From Chrysomallon squamiferum (lineage: Eukaryota; Animalia; Mollusca): 64,000 nucleotides of DNA. The notes under the pieces are model-generated. The model saw only the letters and a list, made by a program, of their open reading frames with translations, was not told the DNA's origin and did not search any database. This document shows positions 12,866-26,900 of the stretch, in pieces (positions within the stretch are counted from its first letter, which is position 1; each line of letters begins with the position of its first letter). Made by a program: the position numbers and the translations under genes. The stretch covers positions 21,080,001 to 21,144,000 of the forward strand of contig CM022673.1 of assembly GCA_012295275.1 (NCBI GenBank). The letters are read 5' to 3'.

Positions 12866-15642
12866 AGACACACACTCTAATGGTTGTTTTTGTTGTGAGT
12901 CTTTTTCTCTCTTTTTCTGTTTATGTGATGAGTGTGCATAAAATACGCCAAACCATATATATATATATATCTTTTTTATTATTATTATTTTTATTTTTTT
13001 ATTTTTATATCTTTTTTATTATTATTTTTCTAACAAGAAAGAAAATAAAAGAAGAAAAATAAATAAATGAAAGAACAGCAGAGAAAGAAATGGCAGCTAA
13101 AGCATTGGTACCCGGTATCCGTTCATTCAGTCAGTACTTTTAGTATACATTAACAAAATTTGTAATTCATATCATTTAAAACAGCACATTCTGACGGCTT
13201 TCGGCTCAACATTAACTGTTCCACTGGTTTTGGCCTCTCATCTTTGTCTGGCTGGTGACGTAGTCGGGTTGAGTGAAATTCTCGGAACTATTTTTTTTGT
13301 GTCTGGTATTTCTACGCTGCTGCAGACTACAGTGGGTGTAAGGTGAGACTCATCTGCAATGATTTGTGTGTATACGTCAGTTTAGAATAATGTAATAATT
13401 AGCGGTTTTTATCGAAAAATAAACAGTTTTTGATTGTTGTTTTTTGTTTGTTTGGTTAGGTTTGGTTTGGATTTTATTTATTTATTTATTTATTTTTTTT
13501 TTTTTTGTTGTTGGTTGTGTAATTTTCATTTATCATTTTTATTATTAATTTTAAATTGTTGTTTCGTTTTATTTTTATTTTTAAATTCAAAATGCTTATT
13601 TATTGAGATTCCGTTTTTACTAATTTGGTTTAATATAATTAACATCTTCATTGCTGTTATTGTTGTTTTAGTTGTTGTTACAATTATTTCTATTATCATT
13701 TGTTTATTATCTATTATCATTGTTGTCGCCGATTTGATTGTTGTTGTTTCCATTTTTTTGTTTTGTTTGCTGCTGTATTGTAATTTTTGTTATTATTGTT
13801 GTCTGTTGTTTATTTGTGCGTTTATTTTAAGGCTGCCCATAATGCAAGGCCCTACGTTTGCATTTCTGGTGCCGGCCATCTCAATCTTAGAACTCCCCGT
13901 TTGGAATTGTCCGTATAATGAAACAGGTAAGTTCGAAAGCCATTTTGGTAAGAAACATATGTATGCAGGAGATGCCTCGAATCTTTGAGACTGAGGGAGA
14001 ATGAATAATGAGTATGTTACTGGAAATATTTCTCTGCAGATACAGCAGTAAACGGTACACAGCTACCAGTTACAGGAGGAAGCGAACACCGAGAACTGTG
14101 GCAGTCACGGATAAGAGAGGTAAAACATACTCAGTTATTTTAATTAATTTATCGAGCAAGTAGAAGTATATAATGTTAAAAGATCTTTATCTAAAAAAAG
14201 TCATCAGAGTGGAAGATATTGAAACTTAAACAGAAGCCACTAACTGGTGACCTGATCACTTTAAATTCGGGCAATGTGTGTTTCAACCAATTTGGTCCTG
14301 TATCAGTTTTACACATGAAGACCTAATTCAGTATATATATATATATATGACGCGTTACTCTCACATGTTGGACTAACACACAACTGTGTTACGCTAAGGT
14401 CCGCGAGGCTACGTTTGCGAACAAGAGGAGGGAACAGATGCTGTAAAGTGAATGATTGTTTTAATCGTTTTCTTGATCGACTTGAAGACGCTATCTTTTA
14501 TCTCACTATGTTCTTTTTCATAAGATTACACCAGACTGACATTTATCGAGATATTTGATACTGCTATATAATAAAATATTTGCACTTGCTCTATTGCTTT
14601 GTTAAATAAACATGTCTGACTAAATATTGGTACAAAAACTGGGTATAAGCTGGACACTGAAACGTACGGTAACGCCTTCCCCTGCATAGTCCTTCATTTC
14701 CACCACTATATTTCATATTATATATCATAACTTTGCTTCATGAAACAAATAAATTTAGTACTTATCTTTTCTAAACACGGTTTCATTTATACGATACTGG
14801 TAACATATTTCCAAACAAGGTGAAAACAAAACTTCACATCAAAATTCTTAAATTAATGTTCAAGCATAGCAAAATCAAAATCGTATATTAATATTCATAA
14901 TTTTCATTCAAACACTCAGATACAAGGTGCTGTCATGGTTGCGTCACTCTTCCAAGTTGTGATTGGCTTTAGCGGACTGATGGGCGTGGTGCTTCGTTTC
15001 ATTGGTCCTCTTTCTGTCGCGCCAACAGTCTCGTTGATTGGTCTGTCGTTATTCGACGCAGCGTCACAGAAGGCATCAAAGCACTGGTGGATTGCTATTC
15101 TGTAAGAAAATAATGGCGTTTTCAAAGGAATATTCAGACCGGAAATATGCTGACGAATAAATAACTATAATGATTAAATATGCCAAAATGCATTGAAGTA
15201 TTAAATGGCAATATGCATTTAATGCTGTTGAACATACAGGGTAGTAGTGACATCTGGTGTCTGAATGTTCTTTTATTTTATTATTGTTATTTATTATTTT
15301 ATTTTGGTACTAGCAATAATATTAATAATTGAAATAACTATTAGAACAGGTGTAAATAATAGAATATTTACTGTCTACTGTTAATAGTAGCAGCAGCTGT
15401 AACAATAATAGTAGTGAGAGTAAATGAAGATAATTCTGTCAAATCAATTCTGCATAAATATTATTTTAACAGAACTGTTCTTTTGATTGCTGTTTTTTCG
15501 CAATACCTACGAAATATCACAATTCCTTGTGCCAAGTACACCAGGAAAGATGGATGTGAATGTATTGCACAGCCTATTTTTAAACTTTTCCCGGTTAGTT
15601 CCCTTTACAACTTTAATACAATATAGGTTTTCTTTTATTAAA

Positions 15643-15683
<41 letters not shown>

Positions 15684-16204
15684 CACTGTGAAAGATGTTT
15701 ATATATATTTTTTAAATTAGCATCTTTGGTATTATCTATTTATTTGCTTGTTTGATTTATTAACTTCAGAAGTTATGAAGTATTATGATTAAAATTATTA
15801 AATACATTTTATTTTGTTATTTATTTATAAATTGTTGTTATTGATGTTATTGTTTTTATTATTGTTAATACCTGTATTATTATTTTGTTGCTGTTGTTGT
15901 TGTTGAAGCTATTTATTTATAATTTGCACTAGATTCTTATGGCTATGGGAGTTGCATGGGTGATATGCGCCATCTTGACCGTATCAGGCGCTCTTCCGTC
16001 GAACTCCGGTGAGTGGGGCTATTATGCACGGACGGACGTACGGTCTGGAGTTCTCAGGGAGGCACCATGGTTTCGTTTTCCATATCCAGGTAACACTTCT
16101 TGAGGAGAACTCAATTTAGTGGCAATATTGGGTTTTTGGAGAGGGGGCCCAGACAGTTATGCAGTGTTTTGGAGGAGGGCAATGATATCAAATGTTTTTT
16201 TGTT

Positions 16205-16238
<34 letters not shown>

Positions 16239-16779
16239 ATATCTCTCTGTCTCTCTCAACTCTATCTTCAATGTTGAGCACCAAAAAGAGATGCTAGGAA
16301 GCAAGGCTACGTTGGTCTCTGGGTTTAAAGGAAAAAACAACGAACTAATAACTGGTGTCCAAGTGTTGCCTGGACGGACTAAAATCCGTCGCGGGCCAAG
16401 GGTTGCCGACCACTGGTATAAGACGTAAGGTATAACTTTCATAAAGTATTATAAAGAATTATTTTGTTTCTGTCTTGCTAAAATTAGCACGTATGAATTA
16501 TTCATAAAAATGTGTTTAGTTCTCAATATTACATTTAGAAATATTCGCATTTCGGTTATGATTAACTAGTTAAAAATCATTTATAATTCAGAAGTGTCAA
16601 GTAAGTATAAGCCTATGTTTTCAGGTCAGTGGGGAATGCCAACAGTTAGTGTATCAGCCGTGTTTGGGATGCTAGCTGGAGTAATGGCGGCCATGATTGA
16701 ATCAGTGGGAGATTATTACGCTTGTGCCTGTTTGACTGGGTCTCCACCTCCACCGGTACATGCAGTAAACAGAGGTATA

Positions 16780-16819
<40 letters not shown>

Positions 16820-19800
16820 TAATTGTTTTCTATTTTGTTGTGTCTGAAATAAAGTGTTGATAGTTAATTATCAAACAAACAAAATGAAAAAAGAAAAATA
16901 GCAAAATAAATTTAAAAATATAAAAAGAAACATATTTGTATCTTATTTAGTTATTACAATATTATTTCTCACCCATATTTTTATAACCAAAATCTAGTCT
17001 TCAAATCGAATTTGACTGAATTTATTAGAGGTAGAACAAATAGTACGCATCTATTGCAAATGTAAAAAAGAACCAAAAACCCCCCCCCAAAACACCAAAG
17101 CATTATTCTTTTAAAACATCTTGAGCACATATATAAATCATTCCAATGTCACCAGCTGTTTTAGTTACTATATTATTATATTTTAAATTGTTAAAACAAA
17201 ATATGTTCACATTCTTCTGACTTTTACAAAATAAGCTAATTGGCAAAAATAAAGAATATATCATTTCAGTTTTGCAGTGGTATGAAGAAGGAATACAGAT
17301 TTCTGGTAATAAATATTTATGTACATTCAGACTGATTTTATGTTTTATAGGTATTGGTGTAGAGGGAATCACTTGTATCATTGCTGGGGCCTGGGGAACA
17401 GCAAATGGTACAACATCCTACAGTGAAAACATTGGTGCTATCGGTATAACAAAGGTATTGAATCTGAATTTCGCTACATCTGTTGTTTTATATGACAGTA
17501 TGTTCAGTTATAAATATGTTTACAGGAGAATATAACTATTACATTTTAAATATTATGATACAAAAAGAAATAATAACTAATATTTGAAAAAGGGTTGTAG
17601 TGTTTTCACTCATTATTTTTTCACTTTGCCACTTTACATTTATATATTTTATATTAATATTAATTATGTCTTCACTGATTTAAATGAGCTGGATGTCAGA
17701 TAATGGAATCTGAAACTGATCTTTTTATATGATGTGACTAAAAGAATAATAATAATAATAATGTTAATAACAACAGTGACATATTTATTGTTTTATTATA
17801 TGCCATGCTTGGATATGTTTCAGGTTGGAAGCAGGGTAGTGATTCAAACAGCAGGGGTACTGCTTTTGGTGATGGGCTGTCTGGGTAAAGTGGGTGCCTT
17901 GTTTGTCACCCTGCCAGACCCAGTTGTGGGTGGGATGTTTATTATAATGTTTGGTGAGTTTCCATTTATCCTTCCACTTTTTACTCTTTTTTTTTTTTCC
18001 TTTTTCCTTTATTATTATTACCATTATTTGTTTTATACTTCTGACGATTGCTGAATTATATATTTATAATACTAAATTACATACGTATACAGTTGTTGCT
18101 TGGTTATTTATTTACCGTATATACTTGTGTACAATGCGACCTTATGTATAAGTCGATGTGTATTTTAAGACCAAAAATTGCGTCATTACTTGTGTATAAG
18201 TCGACTGTAGATTCCAGGCACCGTCACTATTTTTAGTCCAGTGTGACAGTGCCATGAAGGCCTACATTGTACGCCTACTGTAACATAACTTGCACGAGCT
18301 GTAACTTGCACGAACATACCATAATAACGTAAATGCATGTATTACACGAGCTATAGCCTAAATGTATCATAAATAGTATTTCTTTAATGTAATAGGTCTA
18401 ACATGGAGACCTAACTTACCGTTATATTTAGTCGATTCGTCGGTAGTGGATATTAATGACGATTGCAATATTATTTCACCAAATTCTTTACAATTACACA
18501 AGTGAGTTTTGTTTATGAAATTAGGACCGATATTTAGTGCAATTTGGCAGAGAAGTCTGCATTCCTAGATCATTGCAAGACGCCGTAAGGCATAACGCCG
18601 TACTGGCGGTTTTCTCGCTTTAAAATGTATTTTTATGTCATTAAACGGAAGAATATCATGTTTTACATTCATATTTGGTTTTGTTATTTAATTTTTCAAA
18701 AATTTTTATACGATAAAATTATATTTTTGAAAAGCTGAAAGACCGCGATTATTTTAGATGCATCCCGTAGCAAAAAATAGTCAAAATGGCGACTCTTCAG
18801 CAACAGCTACAAAAGCATTACCTATGTATAAGTCGACCCCCAAAATATTACCTTAATATAGTCTCCCAAAAATTCGACTTATACACAAGTATATACGGTA
18901 TTTAATTATTATTTATTTATTTTTTGTTGTTGTTATTATGAATATTATTGTTATTATTTTAAGATGCTATAAGATGTTTCGGTTTTGCTTAATATAACAT
19001 TCTAATGATAGCGGTATGTTTCTGGTACAGCTGCCATGATGTATGTATATATATATATATATTTATTATTATTATTTTTTTTTTGATCAGGCATGATCAC
19101 TGCAGTGGGACTTTCAAATTTACATCACATACAGCTGACATCATCCAGAAATCTCTTTATCCTTGGCCTCTCCTTCTTTCTGGGTCTCTCACTTCCAAAA
19201 TGGATGCAGTCCAATAAACAGGTCATCAACACAGGTCATAAAAATATTAAATTTATTATTTTACATCTATATGAAAAAAAAATACTGCCTAGTGTAGGAA
19301 GTTTCTTTCTGTAACCACTTTTCTGCATTCAAGACACATAATCATTACCATCTGTATAAAGAAAGAAAATTTATCAAAAAATGCTTTTGAGAAAGGGATA
19401 ATATACTTTGGTTAGTAAACATATTTTTTGTTACAAATATTTTATGGAATAATAAAATAATAAATATGTATACTTATGTGTAATTATTTGTATACATGTT
19501 TATTTAGAATGCACACACAGACATACAGGATATTTATTACTTTTTGTTCTCAGTGAAGGATGGACAGATTTTATGTTTCATTTGTTGTTTTTCTTCTTTT
19601 CTTAATGGTAGAAAAAGCCTTTTATTTAAACAAAAATTCCTTTTTGTTTAAATTTTATAATTCCTTTTTGTTTAAATTTTAAAATTCCTTTTTGTTTAAA
19701 TTTTATAATTCCTTTTTGTTTAAATTTTAAAATTCCTTTTTGTTTAAGGAGTAGCAAGTGTTGATCAGATAATTGAGGTGCTTCTCTCTACCAGTATGTT

Positions 19801-20492
19801 TGTTGGAGGTTTCCTAGGATTTCTCCTTGACAACACATTACCAGGTAAATAACCTACCAAATACACTATAGATATATATATATATGTTACACATAAAGGA
19901 AATAGTGTAGGGTTAACTGAAACATAATCTGATTATATTAATAGTAGTAGTAGCAGCAGCAGTAGCAGTAGTAGTGATAGTAATGTTAACAGTAGTAGAA
20001 ACAGTTGTAGTAGTAGCAGTAGCAGCACTGACAGTAATAAGAATTAATAATAGTTATAATGTCATAAATGAAATACCATATGAGAGAATATTTTTATTAT
20101 AATAACAAAATAAAGATGTGAAAAAAGCTACTAAAAAGGAGAGAAATACGGCATCTTCATAAGATTTATATTAATACAGCTGTATCAGTAAGCTTTGATA
20201 CTAAATTGTTTTTGTATTTTTGTCTTTATTAGGGACAGCAGCAGAAAGAGGAATAAAGAAATGGCAGCAGTACATGACAACTGATAATGGTGACAGCTTG
20301 AACTCCAATATTCATCTCTATGATCTGCCTATTATACAGAAATATCTTGACAGGTGGAAATGGACAAAGTATCTTCCATTCTTACCGACAAGTCAAAAAA
20401 GGAATATTAAATATCAGTTTATAAGATTTTTCAAGAGTTTTCAAAATAAGCATAACACCTTCTATATGAATTGTGAGTCATGTACACGCTAA
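12577..20492 (+). CDS. SLC23A: SLC23/NAT (NCS2) family nucleobase-ascorbate transporter, 13 coding exons
   Basis: Exons ~12577-12726, 13185-13342, 13832-13926, 14040-14119, 14920-15101, 15473-15593, 15933-16089, 16625-16774, 17351-17454, 17824-17953, 19091-19234, 19749-19844, 20233-20492, all GT-AG and phase-consistent. Motifs: [13 protein letters not shown] (TM1 QH), [21 protein letters not shown] signature [27 protein letters not shown]. Confidence 0.95.
16270..16415. mobile_element. Single-ended hAT-like remnant in an SLC23 intron
   Basis: GC-rich patch ending CGCGGGCCAAGGGTTGCCGACCACTG (reverse complement CAGTGGTCGGCAACC, a hAT-type terminus). No matching second end was found, so the left boundary is approximate. 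Confidence 0.45.
18115..18898. mobile_element. Tc1/mariner-superfamily non-autonomous element (MITE), 784 bp
   Basis: TA|CCGTATATACTTGTGTA ... TACACAAGTATATACGG|TA gives TIRs with a TA target duplication. Subterminal TGTATAAGTCGA motifs are repeated near both ends. Confidence 0.9.
19635..19748 (+). repeat. 24-bp tandem repeat (~5 copies) forming the 3' splice site of an SLC23 intron
   Basis: Unit AATTCCTTTTTGTTTAAATTTTA(T/A). The last unit ends TTTAAG, the acceptor of exon 19749. Confidence 0.9.
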
Positions 20493-20915
20493 AAGAATCT
20501 AAGTCAGAATGTTACAGTTCTTTTAAAAACAGCATTCAAAAGGTTCACTTTTAAATTTTAAAAACTAGTTTTCTCATTGTTTAGCAGAATATTTATGTTT
20601 TGATTTTAAAAAATCCATAAATTTATCTAGTATTATCATATCGGGTATACTTTACTTTGCGTTTTATTCTATCATAGTTAACATTTATCCAAATCATAAA
20701 TAAATCTTAAAAGTGATATTTTGTTGTTGTTTTTTAAAGTAAAAACAAAACTAACCATTTTATTTTAATCTCATAATCATATAGAAAAAAAATTTAAGCA
20801 ACCATTTCTGTGATTATAGTATTTCTAATCTGAAATTTTATTTCATAACTAAAAGAATAAACAAAATGATTTTAGAGAAGTAGTAAAGAAGTTTTATTCA
20901 GTTTATTATTCAGAA

Positions 20916-23900
20916 TTAATTTTTGCAATCAGGATTAAGCAATGAAAATGTAGCAATGCTGTTAATAATCCATGAAGCAGAAACAGCACAAAGTCTGTTT
21001 GAACTGAGTACAGGAAACTCAGCATTGTTGTCAAAGACAATAAACAGTCCACAGTTTGCTAGAGGCCCATCTGAGGTTGCATGGTAAGGCACTGTGAAAT
21101 TGTAGTCATCAATGTTCTGAATTTTGGGTTCTCGAGTCAACACTTGCCCACCGCCAGATTTCACAAGTTGAATAAGCTCGTTTTTATCTGGTGTTGGATA
21201 AACAAATGGTCCATGGAAGTAGAACTGACAGCCATCAAACAATCCAGGAAGCTGAAAGAATTTAACAAGTGTTGTATATATGTTTATTAATAAAATATAT
21301 CATTATAAGTGAACAAGTACTTGCCAACATCATTGCCAGTTATGATTAATTTTAGATCTAGCTGCAAATAATGCCCACAGTGATCACATTTACAATAATG
21401 AAACATATAAGCACTCAGTAATAAATGTTATCAAAGCTTATAAAATGAAATGTTAGGTCTCTGCATATAAACAAGGTTAAAAATATTAACTATTAATATT
21501 TGGTCTCGACTAAAAACTTCTCATAAAACAATCTTATCAGCATTCAGACTGTTTCGAAGTGATTCACCTGTACTCTTCGTGTTAACTTACCTGTTGTTTT
21601 TTGTTCACTCTTCCTTTGTAAGGAGCATTAGATCCAGGGTGAGAGCTGGAACCACACACTTCAAACGGTTCTTCTAACACTGGCCTCCCATATTCCATAC
21701 TGAAGTCTAACCCTAGAACACAAAACATTGTTTAAATTCAGGTGATAACAATCATCTTTATGAAAATGATAGAAATTAGACTACGTCTCAAATCAACAAT
21801 AATGAGGGCTGAACATATCTTCCTCTCTTCCAAGTACATTTTTAAAAATGTTTTTAAAAACAATTCTTACTTTTATTGCTAATTTATTATTTACTTATTG
21901 TATGTGTTTTTCTTACTAAGCCAAAGATTCGTTCTGTGTTGGAATGTTAAATAGTATCCATTTTTGTAATGGGGAACTGGTTAATTTAAAACACACACAC
22001 ACATCTGGCACTGTTAAAGAGAAATAATTACAAAACAGTCGTAATTTGAGTTAATTCTTACACTCTGTGTTGACAATCCACTTTCCTGCAAGGATAGCAT
22101 GCAGATACTTGAGAGTCCGGGGGCACATTCCATGTTTGTTACAGGCAGTAATCACATGCGATACTGCAGTAAACACAGAAATACAATTATTTATCAAAAG
22201 TATTCAACAACAAATGACTGGAACATAAATCAACAATCATAATGATTATATTAATAACATTTCCATTATTACCCATTCAAGATATAAAAAGCTGTAATGA
22301 GCATTTTCCTGTACTTAAATATGTTGGTGTTTTATACAAAATTATATCACTCTGTGGATTTAATTTCAGTCAGTATACATTCTGATATAATTAATTAAAA
22401 ATATAGCAAAGTGTCATTTAAAATTTACTAAACATTTAAGTGATTGTTTTATGACTTTTATCTTACCTTCTGGTCTGAGATCTTCAACTACTTTTGCATT
22501 CAATTTTGCAGCACATTTCTGCAGATGAATTTTCTGTTCTCGGTTCATGCTTGTTGCTGTGAAAAATAAATTCTGGTTTTCTTCTTCCTCATTCTGCAGG
22601 ATAACTCCCTGATTAAATAAAATGTCATTTAAAATATTTATGAAATTATATTTGTAAATAAAAAAAAAAACCTCCCCACCATATTTCAAATAAAATTTGT
22701 ACACTGTTGGTTAATGTCACATGGGGACAGTCTGTGATAGAAGTTTCCAGTTTGAATATTAAACCTATTCATCAAATAGTTTCCACAACACAGATCATCA
22801 TGATTAGCAATGGTAAAACTAGAGAGGTCATTTAATATTATTTAACAGAAGAAATCTGATAAAATGTTCTGAAAAAGAAAAAATGAGGAAGACAGTGTTG
22901 TGTACACTTTAATCAGCCACCCTAATGAAATATCTCACCTGTTGAGGTACAGTGTCTTGTTTCAATACAGGTGTGTTCAGTGCTTCTTTCATTTCATCTG
23001 TCTTAGCATAGTCCACTGCAGTGAGGCCATGAATATTTCTAAAAACAACACAGTGTTACATATCCTTAAAATAATTTAATCCTGTGCAGTGTAAAGTACA
23101 CTCTAAAATATTTTCTAAAACCTAATATGTAATGAAAACTGTAAATTAGATAACCTTCATATGTAATCAAAAAAATTTCTTAACTAGTGTAATTCTGTAC
23201 TAAAGTTTATAAAAGTGTTGAATATTTTACCGAGAAGATAAAGCAGCGCCTCGAGACACCAACATGACAACACATTCAATTCTGTTGTTCATCACAGCAT
23301 CGTGGAGGGGGGTGTCATTGTTCATTCCTGGCATGTCAATCATAGCACCATAGTCCAGCAACAGCTCTGCGATTCTAGTGTAACCATGGTTACATGATTC
23401 ATGCTGGAATTTCAAAATTATTTTTTCTAGTTATAGTATTTACATTTTTTAAAATATTTAGTACAACAGAATATCCAGATAAATTTCAGAAATATATAAT
23501 CTGCTACACTGTTTGGAGATTCCTCTTATTACCATTCTATCCTTAATTTTAATTCAGTAACTTACTAAAGTTAATATATTTAAAAAATATGTATCTGCAA
23601 ATATGTATTTATACCAAAACATTTATCTAACTTTAGGAATAGGGTCCATAACTATTAATTTAACCTTGGGCAGACATAAAAGTGAATTTATGTTGTAAGC
23701 TTAACAGAGATCCTCTGCTGTGGAAGAACAGAACATCACATAAACTAAATTACCAGTGGAGTCCACCCTGCATTGTCGCGCACATTAGGACTAGCTCCAT
23801 CTTTCAGCAACTCTTTTACTAGCTCTAGCTGACCCTGAACAAAAAAGTATTGAAATAATAAAAATGCAAGGAAAACCAATAACAATAATAATAAATGAAA

Positions 23901-26900
23901 AGTAAATTATGAATGCAAAAAGCACATCAGACTGGGTCCCCAATAGCCAAATTATTAAATGCTCATTTCTCACTTTTTGTCACTCCCTTTTAAGATTATA
24001 TTGTAAAGATAGTTTTATATTATTCAGTCAGGGCAAGCTAAATTATTAATCAATGTAATATTAATTCATTTATGAGTCACAGTTATTTAATATTTTCAAC
24101 AGCAAGTTTTATGATATATAACCTTTATGGCAGCAACATGCAGTGGAGTTTCTCCTTTAGAATTTCTCTTTGTGTTGCAGGGAGAGTTGGCCCCATGAAA
24201 GTGTGTCAAAGTTTTCTTTTTCCTACATACAGGACTGCCACTAAACACTGGTGATCTCTTTTTCTCTTTTGAAGGTAACTGTGATGGTAGTGATTGTCTT
24301 CTGTATAGAGAAAATATTTTAAAATTTATTTTTATATGCATTCTAACGTTACTTTATACATTGTTTTTATATATACATATACATTTCTCTCAATATCTAT
24401 CTCTCTCTCTTGCTCTACATATAGACATACAAAGGAATGACAGTCAAACATATCGTTTTTTTAAGTAATGACATTAGAGATAAAACCCACTTCATTTACT
24501 TATTAGCAGGAAAGTGTCTATTATATGCATCTTTTTGGACAGAAAAACACATCTTTGATATGTCCATGTGGCACTAACTGGAATTGAAAATGCACCAGTA
24601 TAGGGACCAGTGATGTAAGACCCTTTCATCCACAATCCTCCATTCTCAGAGCTACAATGTACAGTTCAGAGAGTGTAGAATAAATTACTGAAAACTTTTG
24701 GAAGCAAGACCAATAATTAAATTAACTTGTTCTAAGAAATAATAATTTCACCTTTTACTGTTAGGCTTTTTTCTCAAGGAACCAGCTGTGTGTTTTCCAA
24801 CAGATCCTGGCTGCTCAGGACTTGTTAACAATGAAGCACTTTCTGAAATTAAAAAGAACAATTCATTATCAAAGTATACAGTTTATGTTCATAAAACAAA
24901 ATAATGATAAAAAGATTAATATTCTCACATACTCATAATGTTATAACATGGTATTTATCTTCAACTCTAGTTTCCATAGTCTATGAATATATTTTTAATT
25001 TTTAAAACTTAATTTAAAATCAAGTATAACTGCAGCCTGTGAAAATATAAACACTAAGATTTCCATTTGACATCAGTAATAAAAATTAGGATTTTTTCTT
25101 TCTCTGTTTAATACTATTGTTGCTTGGAAATTTGTTTAATTTAAAGGGAAAGTAATCTATCAACAATATCCATTAAAAATTCATCAAAATCTTTAATATT
25201 TATAATTAAAAAATAATTACTATTTCAAATCTCACTGAGATCTCTAAGAAAATCAAAACCACCACAAACAATCTGAAACAGTGAAAAGTAAGAACCTTGA
25301 GTTCCAGCTTGATGTTTCTTAGCACATCTCTGACGTGTAATTAACTGGGTCTTCTTAGTTTTGGTCATACCTTTTCCTGTTCGTGATTTCCCAGGGGTAT
25401 CAGGAGAACTCAGGAAATCATACACAAAACTTTCCTTTTCTTCACTACAGATAGGACTAGCAATAACAGTGTTTGAATAGGAGGAAATATCTGGTCTTGC
25501 ATAAACCTCTGGTGTAAAATCTTGTGTTTTCTCTTCTGCCACATCTAAAAATATAATTTTGACAACAATTTAAAATAGAAATGGAATTTTTTTGCTATAG
25601 ATTTTTAATTTATTAAATAAGTGCAATCATCAATAACATTTAAATTAGGATATTTATAATTAGCTGTTTCATATCTTTACATGACTGATGATCAGCCAAT
25701 TATCAGAGTGTTGTCTACCTGATGTGTCGGTACTTTCTGACTGTGTTCTAGAAAGACTGTCTCCATGTTCTGCATCGGTTTCCACTATCTGTGTTAGCTC
25801 CATGCACAGCGACACCAAGTTAGACAGCTGTCTGTCCATCTGCACATCTCTGACATGCACTGGCATGTGACATAGTGGACAGTGAGTTCCACCAATACGA
25901 TCACAACATGATCTAAATCAGAGAAATAAAACACAAATAAAAATAATTAACTAAATAAATTATTATTAAAATGTTTTAAAGATGATATAGTTTTTATAAG
26001 TATTACTATCATTCACTGTGATTTAAATATTAAAAAGTGATAAAATTTATTCAATAAAAGACCATTTATTGAATACATTTTATCACTTTTTAATATTTAA
26101 ATCACAATGACTAACCTAGTACAGTTACCATAAAAACCACAAATATTTGTTCACAAAATATGTTTTGTTACAATCTATGTTATTTCCTAAAAAGCACACT
26201 TAGATCAAAATATTTTCATTGATAAAATAATTATATGGTCAGTCATATCTGGGATTTTTTAACATTTGAAACATGACATTATTATTTATTTGCCGTATGG
26301 TCTGTTCATACATTAAAGGTCTATTTTATATAAATGATAATATGTTTCATTATTGTATATATTAATGTATATTTTTAAATTATGTGCCTTCCTGGTACAT
26401 ATTTATTATTTAAATATTTCTGATAATCATATGATATATTTTCAAAACATCCAAAAAGGCAGTTTTCATACATATCTAAAAGCTTCACATATTAGTATGT
26501 ACCTGCAAAATCTGTGTTCACATCCACCAAGGGTATAAAGATTTTTTGATAAAGCATTACTGAAATTAAAAATAAAAGAATTTAAAAATTAACAACAGAT
26601 TGGGTAAGTGAATAAACGACATGACATCAGATAATTATATAACAAAAAACTATTAATACCGGCTTTATCACACTATAACTATACTAAACAAACTAATCAT
26701 TTAAGCAAAAATTTCACATTTGACAAAAGTCACAAATGACTTAAAAGTTAACTCAATAACTGTTGTTTGTTGTTTTTTTGTTTTTGGGTGTTTTTTTTGA
26801 TAAAACAAAAATTGACTGGTTTTAATAAGTTTAAAATTATAAGGTTTATCCTCGTAACTGTTTCCATGAATCATCTGGCTGTTCTACCTTTGCAGAGATT

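Noticed and set aside
13434-13831. Long hydrophobic 'membrane protein' N-terminus of ORF 13434-13988
   Set aside because: T-rich intron read-through; only 13832-13926 is a real SLC23 exon.
14268-14680. Possible old MITE or ncRNA in SLC23 intron 4
   Set aside because: Only weak terminal complementarity; no TSD or recognisable RNA motif.
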